This document shows positions 44,124 to 55,657 of a DNA stretch of 64,000 bases, in pieces. Position numbers and translations under genes: made by a program. The DNA lies in NCBI RefSeq assembly GCF_964355755.1, contig NC_092672.1, positions 5,766,001-5,830,000 of the forward strand, read 5' to 3'. Below the pieces are notes generated by a model, which worked only from the letters and a program-made list of their open reading frames with translations, had not been told where the DNA came from and searched no databases. Every line of letters starts with the position of its first letter. Within the stretch, counting starts at the first letter, position 1. This stretch comes from Antedon mediterranea (Eukaryota > Animalia > Echinodermata).

Positions 44124-47100
44124 TTATTCGCCAAATTCCCGTTTGTAAACATTTTCTACAAATCCTTCAGTCATACTGCCAATTTCATCGGATACACCAT
44201 CTAATAACTCGTTCACAATTTCATCAGCCACCCTTAAATGAAAAAAAAATAAATTAAATTAAATATAAAACTTGGTATGTGATAGTAGATGTGTTCATTC
44301 ATACACTATGTGTTCATATACACTACAGTATACCTTGCTATTAACTCTAATGTACCTCCTATATGTTTCAGAGGTACATTTGACTTTAACTTCAGAATTT
44401 AATGTCAAGGGATAGAAATGCCATAACACCAGATTATTATCTGTGCATATATCAGATACAGATTTAACTATGATACAGAAAGGAGTGTTAAGCTCTGTCT
44501 ACACTATCAAACTTTATGTGACAAAAAAATGTGATGTGCGCATAATGAACATGATGATGTCATATCACTACCATATTTGGGCACATCACATATATAAAAT
44601 GTCTGTATTGTATGTTTATCAATCAGAAATGAATGTGTTGAGAACTGAACCTACTCTTCCACAAGTTTCCAAGGGTTGAATGTGCCGTATGTGTGGTGAC
44701 TTGTTTTCTTCAAATATTGCTCAAAGCGATTTTTACGCTCTTCGATTTTTTTACGGCTCTCGGTTGGAATGGATAAGGTTGTGCAAGGCTTAACAAGAGG
44801 TGCAAAGCTTTCTACCGTGTCCACATCCCTACTTTGTTTAGAATGATAATGTTTTCTAGGTTCAGGTTTATCTTGTTCAGATGAAATTTCTGTCAATGTT
44901 CTGAGATGTTTATCCCGAGAATGAAAATCTGGTTTGAAATGTCCAGTTTTGTATGAGTACTTTTCTGAATCAGAGGTGGCATCTTCTTCTGAGGAGTTAT
45001 TAGGTAATCTAAATTGAATTATGGGAGTGTGAATTTTAGTGTCTTTTTTGTTCTTTGTGAATTGAAGAGCTGTGTGTTCTACTGGTACATCAACAGACAT
45101 TCTGAAGAAGAAATAAGGAAAGGTAAATGATAAAAAAATGAATTGGATCTGTTTTTATTCTGGAATTAAGAAAAAAAATCTTGAAATGAAAGTTTACTGA
45201 AATGCCTCACCAAAAAGGTGCTGACTAGAATCATATAAAGTACTTCTCCATGCCTTATCTGAACCTTAAATTGGACCTATAAATTACACAATCTTTTTCA
45301 TTTCGTTTATTAATCAACATATCAATGCATTTCGTAACAGCTCCATCCCATACTTCTGTATTGAAAATAATTTTATCCCTCTGTATAATATAATGTTGAA
45401 GTAATAGGAATCAAATATAATATGGTTTTTTTTTTTTTTTTTTTCAATTCACTTGGCCAGTCATTTAGATTTTTACTTGTTTTGATGTTGTGCTCGTTTA
45501 TTTTAATGTTTTTATATGCTGTATTGTGTGGTTCTCAATTTTTGATGTTATTTTATGCTATCTTTTTAAAACATTTTAAATATTTTAAGTACCTTTTAAC
45601 AATGTAAAAAATTGTCACAATTCTGTTTTTCTGTGAAGATGATTTTAATAAATATACCATTATGAATGAATGAATGAATGAATTTACATTTTAACTGCAC
45701 AGTGTTAGTCCCACGTATGTGCATAACATTTAGTTATGAAAAATGGATGGTTTATTAATATATGGCAAAAAATACTAAATGAGATTATTTTGTATATATT
45801 TTTGTATACAACATATAAATATGAAAAATTCTATGCTGGGGCAATTTAAGCAAAATACAAACGAACGAGCAAGCTATGCCTAAAATATATATAAATCCAA
45901 AAGACGAATTACTGACAAAATTACAATGCTGTAAATAAAATAAGCAAAATATAAAATAAATTCTACCTTTCAAGCTGACTACCTTCTAATGGCGTTCCCT
46001 TGAGGTCTAACAAATCACACTCATCTTCATATTTGTTTTCTTTATGTTTAACACTATCATCATCAAAACTACTGTAGGTAATTTGTTGTAATCGGCGCCT
46101 AATAACATCTTCCTCCGTCTTCATAATGAAATAGTAAAACAAAATTAGGTTAGAACATATAATATTAATTCATACGGAGCCAAATGAAATTTTTGAACAT
46201 ATAATATTAATATCATACAATATACTGAAAAGCTTTGTTTGTCCATTATCAAAATAACAATAGAAATTCATCTTAAAGATTGGAAAATAATAGTAAAATA
46301 AAAAACAGATAAATATATGAAACAAAACTTAAAATGCGTTAACAATTTAGAAGTTAAAATTATTATTATTTATATTATTATTATTATTAGTAGGAAAGAT
46401 AGCCCAGGTAGGAAGATACAATTTTGGACGCACATTTCTTCTTCTATTTAGGAGCAAACTTCATTGTTGAAGGCTACTTCTCCACTGGCTCAAGCTTTTG
46501 CAATTCTTATGCATCAGTCCTCTATGAATTATCCATTAGATTCCAGGACCATTTTGATACACCATGTGTATCGATGCATGCAATAGCAAACAATTGTACA
46601 AAAAACAATGCTCTCTCAAGATATTACAATAAAAATAGTTTCTAGCCTGTTAACTAACTCTCCATATTGCTTTTACCTCCATTTCTTCTAACCGTTGCAA
46701 AAGCTTTTCTAGTGTTGGTTCTTCCTGCATATCCAACGCTCTTTCCTCCATTACGATCTCGTCCTCAATTCTCTTCAGCTTCTCTGTTTCATTTACCAAT
46801 GCATCATCTGTTTCGCTATCAAAATTGAGTTTTTCTCCAGGCTGAGATAAGTAAATATTATAGAAGATTAGTAAACAATTACTAAGGTCATATTGCAGGA
46901 ATGGATGATAACAATTTATTTTTAAACGGCTCAGATAATGTAATTAAAAAATCAGGAAAAAGGGAAATTTTATACAAATTTTGAATGTTGCAGCTTTTGA
47001 AGGTTGGACCCTAGCAATTTGTATAAGCGGGTTACTGTCACTGTTCTTGTAGCTTCTGAAGACACATGGCCGTCATTGACGGATATTTAGTATCAATTGA

Positions 47101-50100
47101 CTTCACTGCTGGTGTACTAGAGATTATATTGTTTATATTAATATACGTTTATATCATGATATAAACTTTTATTTTAATTTTTGATTTATATACATTGAGA
47201 ATAAGTGCTATGTTATTAATTAAAATATTTATATTGTACAATTAGATGACCAACCTGCCCGTAACCCAGGGTGAGACCCTGATGGGTACTCTCCTCTGGG
47301 GTCAGGGGATCCCGGGGCTAATCAGGGGCAGGGACGCTTCAAATCCATCCACAGTCATTTAACAATATACAGCTTTATTTTACATCAATTTTAAGCTGCA
47401 ACAGCAAATGAACTTGACTGTAATTAACTCATTAGCAGAATGTTAATACCTGTTGAGCAGGATGTTCTATGAGTGGTTGTACTTTCTTTCGAACAGCTTC
47501 CTCTGCTTCTTTAATTACCTTAGCTGTTAGCATATCAATTTCTTTAGACCTTAATGTGTCAATCTCTGATGTCTATAAAATACAACGAAAATAGTTACTC
47601 AATTATTTGACTAACCTCATAAAAAATTCTATAGATTTTTATAAATAATTAAATGCTAACTTTATTTTCTATGTGGATAACATTTTGTTATTCTAGTTTT
47701 GATGCACACATGCCTTTTGTGCCCAGATGATCAACACCTTAACATCCCATCTGAAGGATGAGAGTAACTTTTCCCTGAGATGGGGATACATACTGTACAA
47801 GACAACATCAAGCTGTCTACACTATCAAACTTTATGTGACAACAAAATGTGATGTGCCTATATATGGACATGATGATGTCATAGCACTACCATATTTAGG
47901 CATATCACTACCATATTTGGGCACATCACACTTCTTTTGTCAAACTATAGTTTGATAGTGTAGACAGAGCTTTAGATACAATGTAATTCAACAACCTTCT
48001 TTTCTGCTTCTTTGTCCAACCAGGCTTGCCTAGCCACTTCTTTTTCCACAAAACCAGACATCAAATGATTAAATTCCCCATTAGACTCTTCTTCAAAATG
48101 TACTTTTCGTCTCGCATTTCCTCGTCTGGGTGAAGGCCTAGGTGATTGCTTTGGGGACAATCTGGAATTATGTTGGGGTGAGGTCCTTGGTGACACTCTT
48201 GGTGAGTTTAGTGGAGAAATATCTGAGACACTGTCTTCAAGGTTAGCATCCATAATCCTTGGGACACCACCTGGTGACCAGGGAGGTAGAGGGTTACTTG
48301 GTGGTTTAACAGCTTCTCTTTTCTTTAGGTTGGATGCGATGGTAGAGCTGGTGAAGTGTACATCGTCAACTGTCTGCTTCTGCTGTTCAATTACATTCTT
48401 TTTTAATCGTTTTGACTATAAAAAAAAACAGAAAGTAAATAGTGGATAATGGATATTTTACATTTAGAAGGTGTCATGAATTTTAAATATGCTGTACAAT
48501 TGTTCACCTTGCTAGAATCATAACACTATCAGTTTATTTTATTTAATACACTTTTACTATATTTTGTTTTTTATTCATGAGTGAATATAATGATCTACTG
48601 TATGCATCAATTAATTGGTTGGGGTGGTGCGGAGGGGTGGGGATAGGGTAGGGGTTGATAGTTGGGGTGGTGCGGAGGGGTGGGGATAGGGTAGGGGTTG
48701 ATAGTTTGGGGTGGTGCGGAGGGGTGGGGATAGGGTAGGGGTTGATAGTTGGGGTGGTGCGGAGGGGTGGGGATAGGGGTTGATAGTTGTTTTGCCATTA
48801 TACTGCACCTTTCTGTATGTAAATTAATAAATTGTTATATTTTATATTGTTATTGTAATTTTTTGTTTACAAATACTGTAGCTATATACCGATTATATAT
48901 ACAGATCGTATATTGAGTCATCTGTATCTTAAAAACATGATTTGAAATCTTAAATAGTATGCCCTCTCTCGCTCTCAGCATTGTGCTTACCTTGTGTGGT
49001 AATAGTACACCAGTTTTCCTGGTTGTTTTATTAGATTTGTATGCTCTTGGTGGATTACTGGTCCTAGCATGTCCTGCTGCAGTTTGTTTCTGTATATCTT
49101 TAGCTTTTATAAGCGCATTAAGTCGTGCTCTTAAGGCATAATCTCTCTCAGATACCTCAGAAAAATCTATAATTTAATATTGAATTATTATTAAAACTTA
49201 TAATTTCCATATTCTGACTAATAGTTATCATAAATATTCATCCATATAATAGTAAGTGTTGTTGAATTGTTTAAATTTGGTTAATGGTTATAACTAACAT
49301 GCATAAAAATCTTCATTCAAGATTACTATTAGTTTATTTACCATGTTCTTCTTGTAACCTATTCTCATGAGCATTGTCACCTCTGATTACTGATGTTTCT
49401 TCCGATTTTCTTGCAGATTCTATGTCTCTTACTGGCAATTCCTTATTTATATATGGGCTTGAGCTTGTTACTAAATAATAAATTGAAATGTGTTTCATTA
49501 TTAAATATATATATATTCACACATTACTGAGCTAGATTTGAACAACCATCTCAGCAACTGTCTGTGGACAGAGGGATGAGTACCATTTGGTGGAAGAGAC
49601 ACAGGTTCTTCAACAATTTACATAAATAATATTACATTTACATTATAACTAATGTACCTACCCCTTTTCTTTCTGGTGATAGCTTTATTCTGTATTTGAC
49701 TTGTTTTCTTTTTGTAGTGAGTCTTCTGAGAATTAGAATGTAAAGGTACTTTAGGCTTCATTTCTTCAGCATTATTTTGAAATTCCTGTAAAAAAAGCAA
49801 AATAATAGAAATAGAGGAAAAGATTATACCAGATACTATTAATGGAAATCATGATACAGAAACCAAGGAGAGTTAATGGGAGAACACTGCACTGTAAGCT
49901 CCTTGATTAAGAATTATAAACCTTTACCTACAATATATATAAAAAATAGGTTAGGGTGTGTGGCGTGTTGGACTACCGATTGTGAGTTCAAGTCCAATGT
50001 TCATGTCCAACACTTGTGTCCTTAGGCAAGATAGTTTATTAACATTGGTCTCTCTCCACCCAGGTGTACAAATGGGTCCCTGGTAAGGTCAAAACACAAC

Positions 50101-52285
50101 TGCGCTAGGGCTGCATTATGGGAGTATATTTCCATTTGTGTTTGATCCAAAAATTATCGGGGGTAATAAAGTGAATCGCTTAGAGGCTTTATGCATGAAG
50201 CGCTATATGAATGACATATTATTCCTATTATTATTAATTAATTAGTCAGTTAACATACAACAGCTTCTTGGAGAATATCAAGGATATCATCAGGTACTCC
50301 ATTGCCTCCAATTTCCATTTGACTACAACACAATGATAGCTGTTGAATCAACAGGGCTAGCTCTTGGTACATTGGAGGCTGGCTACTAGGGGCAGTTTCT
50401 CCTTGACTTGGTAGTTGTTGAATGAACGTTTGAAGTGCTCGCACAGCCCCACGATGGGCAGCTGCCAATCTGTTCAGTGCACGACTCTAAAATGATAAAT
50501 TTGCTAATAATTTATTAACTATAGTATGCAATTACAGCTGCAAAAAAAACTTATATAATTCATTCATCTATACATTTATTTATCTATCAACAGCTTCAAT
50601 AATAATCAATAACTTAAACATAAATTGTATAATCAAGAATATTGTAGGAAGGTAGGTAAAGTTTCCCCAAGTTTTTTATTCACATCCATACCTGCATGTA
50701 TATATACTGTATCTGTATTAACAATTCATTGCAGAGGACATTAGCAATAGCCAGTAAATAGTATGTTTACTAGCATGAAAAATGTAAACATAATGAAAAG
50801 CATAAAAATGTTACCTTTTTTGTGTGACGAATTTGACTTGGTCCTATTCGATCCAAATCATCTTTAATTTCCCTAACCTATAAGAACAATTCAATAAATC
50901 AGGTAATAAGACAAACACCACTTTATCATTTAAGCCAATCATTTGCAAAAGCCTGATATAGAGAGAATAATTATAAAATGTTTTAAGTAATTTATATCAG
51001 CTGCTGCTTTTACAGATTTTTTCGACAGCTTTTCCAAGTTTTGTAAGTCTATCAAAGTGTTTAAGGTGATTTCATGAATAATGTCATTATAATAAAATCA
51101 GTAAAAGCAGCAGCTGATAAATTAATTTAAAAAGGTTCGGCATGTTTACGAAATGAATTATAAAATTTATTGAAACCTGTTGTTGTAAGGAATATAAAAG
51201 TCTTGCGGATCGACTTGCTTGTTCCGCTGCTCTTGCTTGTTTTCGTCGTGCTTCTACTTCATCTAGTTCCTGGTGATCTATTCCATGGGAGTCCTTGACG
51301 GGAGAAAGACCTGAACACAAGAACGAGCAACATATTATATAGAATATTATGCATGTTTTTAAGAGGTTTATGTTATCTGAGAAAAAAAGTTGTTGGTGTA
51401 GTAAGGAGTCATAAAACATGTAAAGACAAAATCCAAAACAAGATTCAAGAAATGTTATTAATATTAGTCCACTTAAGATGGAAATTCATTGCACTTACTG
51501 TACACGTAGACCTATAAAATACGGTTAATAGGCCAATGTTAAAATACTGTTAAAATGATTAAAATTCAAAACAAATGAAAATACAATGTAAAAACATTTC
51601 TGTATGCTTAAATTAAAATGTTCCCACCTTTTCTGGATAATGACTCAATCTTGTGTATATAATGACTTAATTCTTTTCGTAAACGTCTTATCTCCTGTGA
51701 CTGCCTGTTATCTTGGTCTCTTGCTACTGATTCAGGACTAGACCTCTCTATCGTTCTAGGCCGTGGTCTTTCTCTATCCGGCCTCTCTCTTACAATATTT
51801 TTAGCATTCCGATTAGTATCGAGAATGTAACCTTTTGACCCTGTTGCATGTGACCTACTTGTAAACACAGCAGGATTTTGTTTGATGTTATTTTTTGATT
51901 CTCCTTTTCCATCAGTCCTGTCTGTTGTCATTTCTTTCTTTGATGTTCCCTTCTTCTTTGTTTTCTTCACTGACTTTTTAGGGGTTCCCTGCCAGTTTTC
52001 TAAGTCATAATCTTTGGAAAATCTTCTTTGCCCAATATCACGCTTGGCAAGCTGAACTGCGATTGATAACTGTTCCCGGGACACTGCGCTCATCTTGATG
52101 GGTTGAGGTTGATCATTCTTTGGCCTGTCCAGTTTTTCTGGTTGGGTATCTGTTAATTTCTCAACAATAATTGGTCCTGGTTTGTTGAATTTTATAGATG
52201 CATTTTTAGTGTTGATTGGTGGTTGATTTAGGTTAAAAAACAGTTGGTTGTACTGTGAGGAAATTCCCCTTGTAGAGCCCTGCAT
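44124..52285 (-). CDS. KIAA0753: Protein moonraker (OFIP/MNR), centriolar satellite / ciliogenesis protein, about 975 aa
   Basis: 13 in-frame GT-AG exons: 51628-52285, 51177-51310, 50815-50877, 50259-50486, 49662-49785, 49342-49470, 48991-49166, 47996-48415, 47450-47572, 46677-46841, 45967-46118, 44655-45101, 44124-44232 (2928 nt). Motifs NQLFFN, LSIAVQLAKRD, RSARLLYSLQQQV, IRHTKKS..RLAAAHRGAVRALQ and FNPWKLVE match moonraker. Confidence 0.93.
44491..44592. mobile_element. MITE family A (partial)
   Basis: One TIR plus internal sequence. Confidence 0.75.
47811..47971. mobile_element. MITE family A
   Basis: Both TIRs present. Confidence 0.85.
48620..48790. repeat. G-rich 43-bp tandem repeat, 4 copies, inside a LINE 3' UTR fragment
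   Basis: GGGGTGGTGCGGAGGGGTGGGGATAGGGTAGGGGTTGATAGTT repeated. Confidence 0.9.
49949..50236 (+). mobile_element. tRNA-derived SINE with CORE/V-like middle and L2-type tail
   Basis: GAGTTCAAGTCC B box, GTGTCCTTAGGCAAGA, CTCTCTCCACCCAGGTGTACAAATGGGT, AATCGCTT..AAGCGCTATATGAAT, (TAT)n. Confidence 0.75.
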
Positions 52286-52815
52286 CTTCTTTATAATACT
52301 ACACTGTAATCCTTAAAAATATAAAACAATTTAGTTTACAATTATATAAACTACAAAATTAAAGCTAAATAATAAATATATATCACAGTGAATCTAAATA
52401 ATAAACATTGAAAATGTATTTAAATTGCTGGTAAACAGAATGCAGTTATGTGAGTTTTGTTTGGTTTTTGTAGCTTTTAGGTTCCTAAACGCTTTAAAAA
52501 AATTAAATTTAAAAAATACAATCGTATTCTTATAATTATTTATTAATATTGATTGACTGATCCATAGTTGTTTGGTATTTATTTTCAGTTGTCAGCAAAG
52601 TTAATTTTTGTCTATAGATAACCATCATATAAGTTTGTATATTACAAAAACACGATGAAATTGAAACAACGATCTATGTATAGGCCTAGACTCTAGGCCT
52701 AGTGCGCTCTCTGTACAAAAATGTGCTTGCATCATCGTTGTTTGTTAAATCAAACCTCCTATTGTTGTTTCAATTTGCAAGTGGATAAATTAAAGAAAGG
52801 GTATGTATCCTAATC

Positions 52816-53571
52816 GGCGCTACTGCAGTTTCGCACCACACTGTTATATCTTCGATATCTTCGTTTTTTACACTCACAACATAATATTATGTAACATGTT
52901 TATACGATTCGACCACTTACTAAGTAATTTTTTTTAAATAACAATACTTTTCAAAACATTTTAAACAATACTGAACTCGCTGTCAACACACTGCGAAATG
53001 TTCGTCATATTTATCACTTAATTGCCAGAATTTATGCTTCATTTTACACCAAAAATTGTAGAAACTATAGAGGGCAGTGTTATAAAATCCGATTACACAT
53101 AGGCCTATTTAGTTTTGAAAAGCAAGAAATGTTTTCAGCTGGCGAAATAATAAATGTTAAATTAATATTTCATTATTAGTATTAATAATAATATTTATAT
53201 TAATGGTTCCTATCAATGTTTTATGTACGGACTCATATCGTCGCCCTTTTGATATGTACAGCTGGTTCTTTATAAAAACCACTCTTTGCAGTTTAAAAAT
53301 AAAAACAGAAAATAAAACATACATTGATTTCTGGCAATTTTCTGATTCTAAAATGGCCACAGTTCGATCGAAGTATTCGCGAAAAAAGTAGCTGTTTTGA
53401 AAGGCATTTTTTGTTATGATAAAGGTAATTAACGGTGGCTAAATCATGGGAACATGTTACATAATGGCCCAAAATTGTAGGGTGTTGGTGATTTCTCCAT
53501 GGTTGGTGTGAGAAAAAAATTAAGCGAGAAATCGAAGATATAACAGTGTGGTGCGAAACTGCAGTAGCGCC
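52816..53571. mobile_element. 756-bp MITE with perfect 41-bp TIRs and about 8-bp TSD
   Basis: GGCGCTACTGCAGTTTCGCACCACACTGTTATATCTTCGAT and its exact reverse complement; flanks TCCTAATC / TCATAATC. Confidence 0.88.
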
Positions 53572-53899
53572 TCATAATCCCTCAAAATATAAAAGCCCAA
53601 ATATAAAGAAGAAGGTAAACTCGAAGCTTAGGCCTAGGCCGGTAAATTAAACCAATCTCTAAGAAAGGAACGGGCCATAATCGTGGTTTTGGCCGCTGCG
53701 GAAGCCAGTCCTCTAGGCCTACGTACCTTTATTTATTAGGCCTAGGCCTAGTAGGCCTAGCTAGGCTAGGCCTCTAGGCCTAGCACATGAATGTTAATAA
53801 AACCAAAAGTACTATTTGAAAAACGAAAATACTAAATCCTATGTTGAATTATATTTATATCAAAACATTTAAAACGGTAGTTTAATGAAATATACATGT

Positions 53900-54300
53900 C
53901 ATACCACAAAAAAAGATGAATATTCATTCGTTGTTTTATATTTATCAATTTAAATTGTCCGCCATCATTTTAATATTGAATAATTGTAGTTTTGCAGAAT
54001 TAAAAAATGAATTAAAATAACGTTTAAAAATTCCAATATTGGTATCTAAATAATAGTTTTATGTGGAAATAAATATTATTACACTCAAATATTATTTTTT
54101 TTTAATAATAAAGACATTTTGTAAAAAAATTAGGCGAAAAGTTTATGAAAAAGGTAACAGTGTCGTAACCACCATCATAGCAACAACTCATTAACATAAT
54201 GATGTCTCTCTCTCAGCTCTCTCTCTGCTGAATATATAAACAGCAAGCAACGCAGTAGTGTTTTTGTGAAAACAAAGTAGGGTCACTGTAAGTATTTATT
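53900..54300. promoter_or_regulatory. Probable bidirectional promoter of KIAA0753 and CCDC74, with RFX X-box-like half site
   Basis: Lies between the divergent genes; CATAGCAAC at 54176-54184; plus-strand donor CACT|GTAAGT at about 54288 could splice to the acceptor at about 55502; minus-strand ATGGCGG at about 53960. Confidence 0.45.
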
Positions 54301-55657
54301 GATGTAATATATTGGTAGTTTTAAAGTAGAATTTTTAATGAAATTTATAAAGTTTTAGGCTATGTATGTAGCCTACCAAATGTCTCTCTAGAATAGACTT
54401 TATACAGGCGATCCGCGAGGTATAAACTGAGAGGAATCCTAAACTCTAGGCCTGAGTCTGAGCACTTCACTGCTGCAGTGCTAGAACACAGACTACCAGT
54501 TCTCAAGAATCATGTTCGTGCTGAGACTGCTCTGAGTCAAAAGTAGGCCTAGGAATAGAATAGTAAGAAATAGAAGTTTACAGATATCCTATCAGACACA
54601 CTCTGTAGTTTTTTCGTTTCGTAATTGGGATTTCAGGGAAGTAAACGTGTAAGAATATTATTGATGTATTTATTGTCCCTTTCTTTGACTAGGCCTAGGC
54701 CTAGGTAATTCCAAAAAAAAGTTTCAAAAAAATATTTTAAAATTTCATTTTGAAGTATCATAATAGTTATTAACTTTCACCAAAAAAATCATTTAACTGA
54801 AATACAAGTTTTTTGTTCAAAAAATAACTTTGACTTCCAGTCAAAGTTTACGATCAAAACATATCTCACAATGCAACGCGCTTGTTTAGCTACTCTGCAT
54901 AATCATAAAACTGCCTGGCGATCTGTATAAACACCTTCTTGAAATCTTTGTTTACTTTTGCTCACAACGATTTTCCAGACGAAATGTAATCAAATTAATT
55001 TACCTGTTAATTACGTAAACTTGTTGTTTTTGACTCGAATTTTCGACTCAAAGTGAATAACTTACTTTGATATGCCCACTTTAAATTTAGAATATTTTGA
55101 CCATCATTTGTTGTGTTTCATGGGACAAAAAAAACAAAAGATTATTGACTAAAAGTAAAAATGATGGCGTGTGTGTGTCCAACATCTCAAGAAGATGTTT
55201 TGGTAATGGTAGCCTTTCGCGGTTATCACTGATTTTTTACATTATATCTCATACGATTATCTGAACTACAATTCAAAACACACATCACAAACAATCTCAT
55301 CATATTCTGCAGTATTCCAGATGCTGTGGGCAGGCAGTATTCCACTGAACATTTTCATAAAACAATTTTACACTAAAGGGTTCCCTCATCTACACCAATA
55401 TGATGTAGTAATGTGGGTACAAGGTTCTAAGGCATCTGACCCTATTGTTCAATGCCTTTTAAAACTTATCTAACTACTTAAACTGTAACAATTTTTTTTC
55501 AGACTTTTTACTTGTGCAGATGAGCAGTTAAATTTGTTAATGATGTTGAGGATCAAACTAATGATGGCCAATCAAATTTGAGTTTGAATTAAATTATTTA
55601 AAATTGAAGAATACAGCAGCTGTTTTGCAACAGAGTTTTAACAATCCAAGAACTATC

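Noticed and set aside
47030-47120. Extra KIAA0753 exon
   Set aside because: Stops in all tested frames or no suitable donor; the flanking exons already join in frame
48607-48808. Proline-rich ORFs
   Set aside because: Translation of the G-rich tandem repeat
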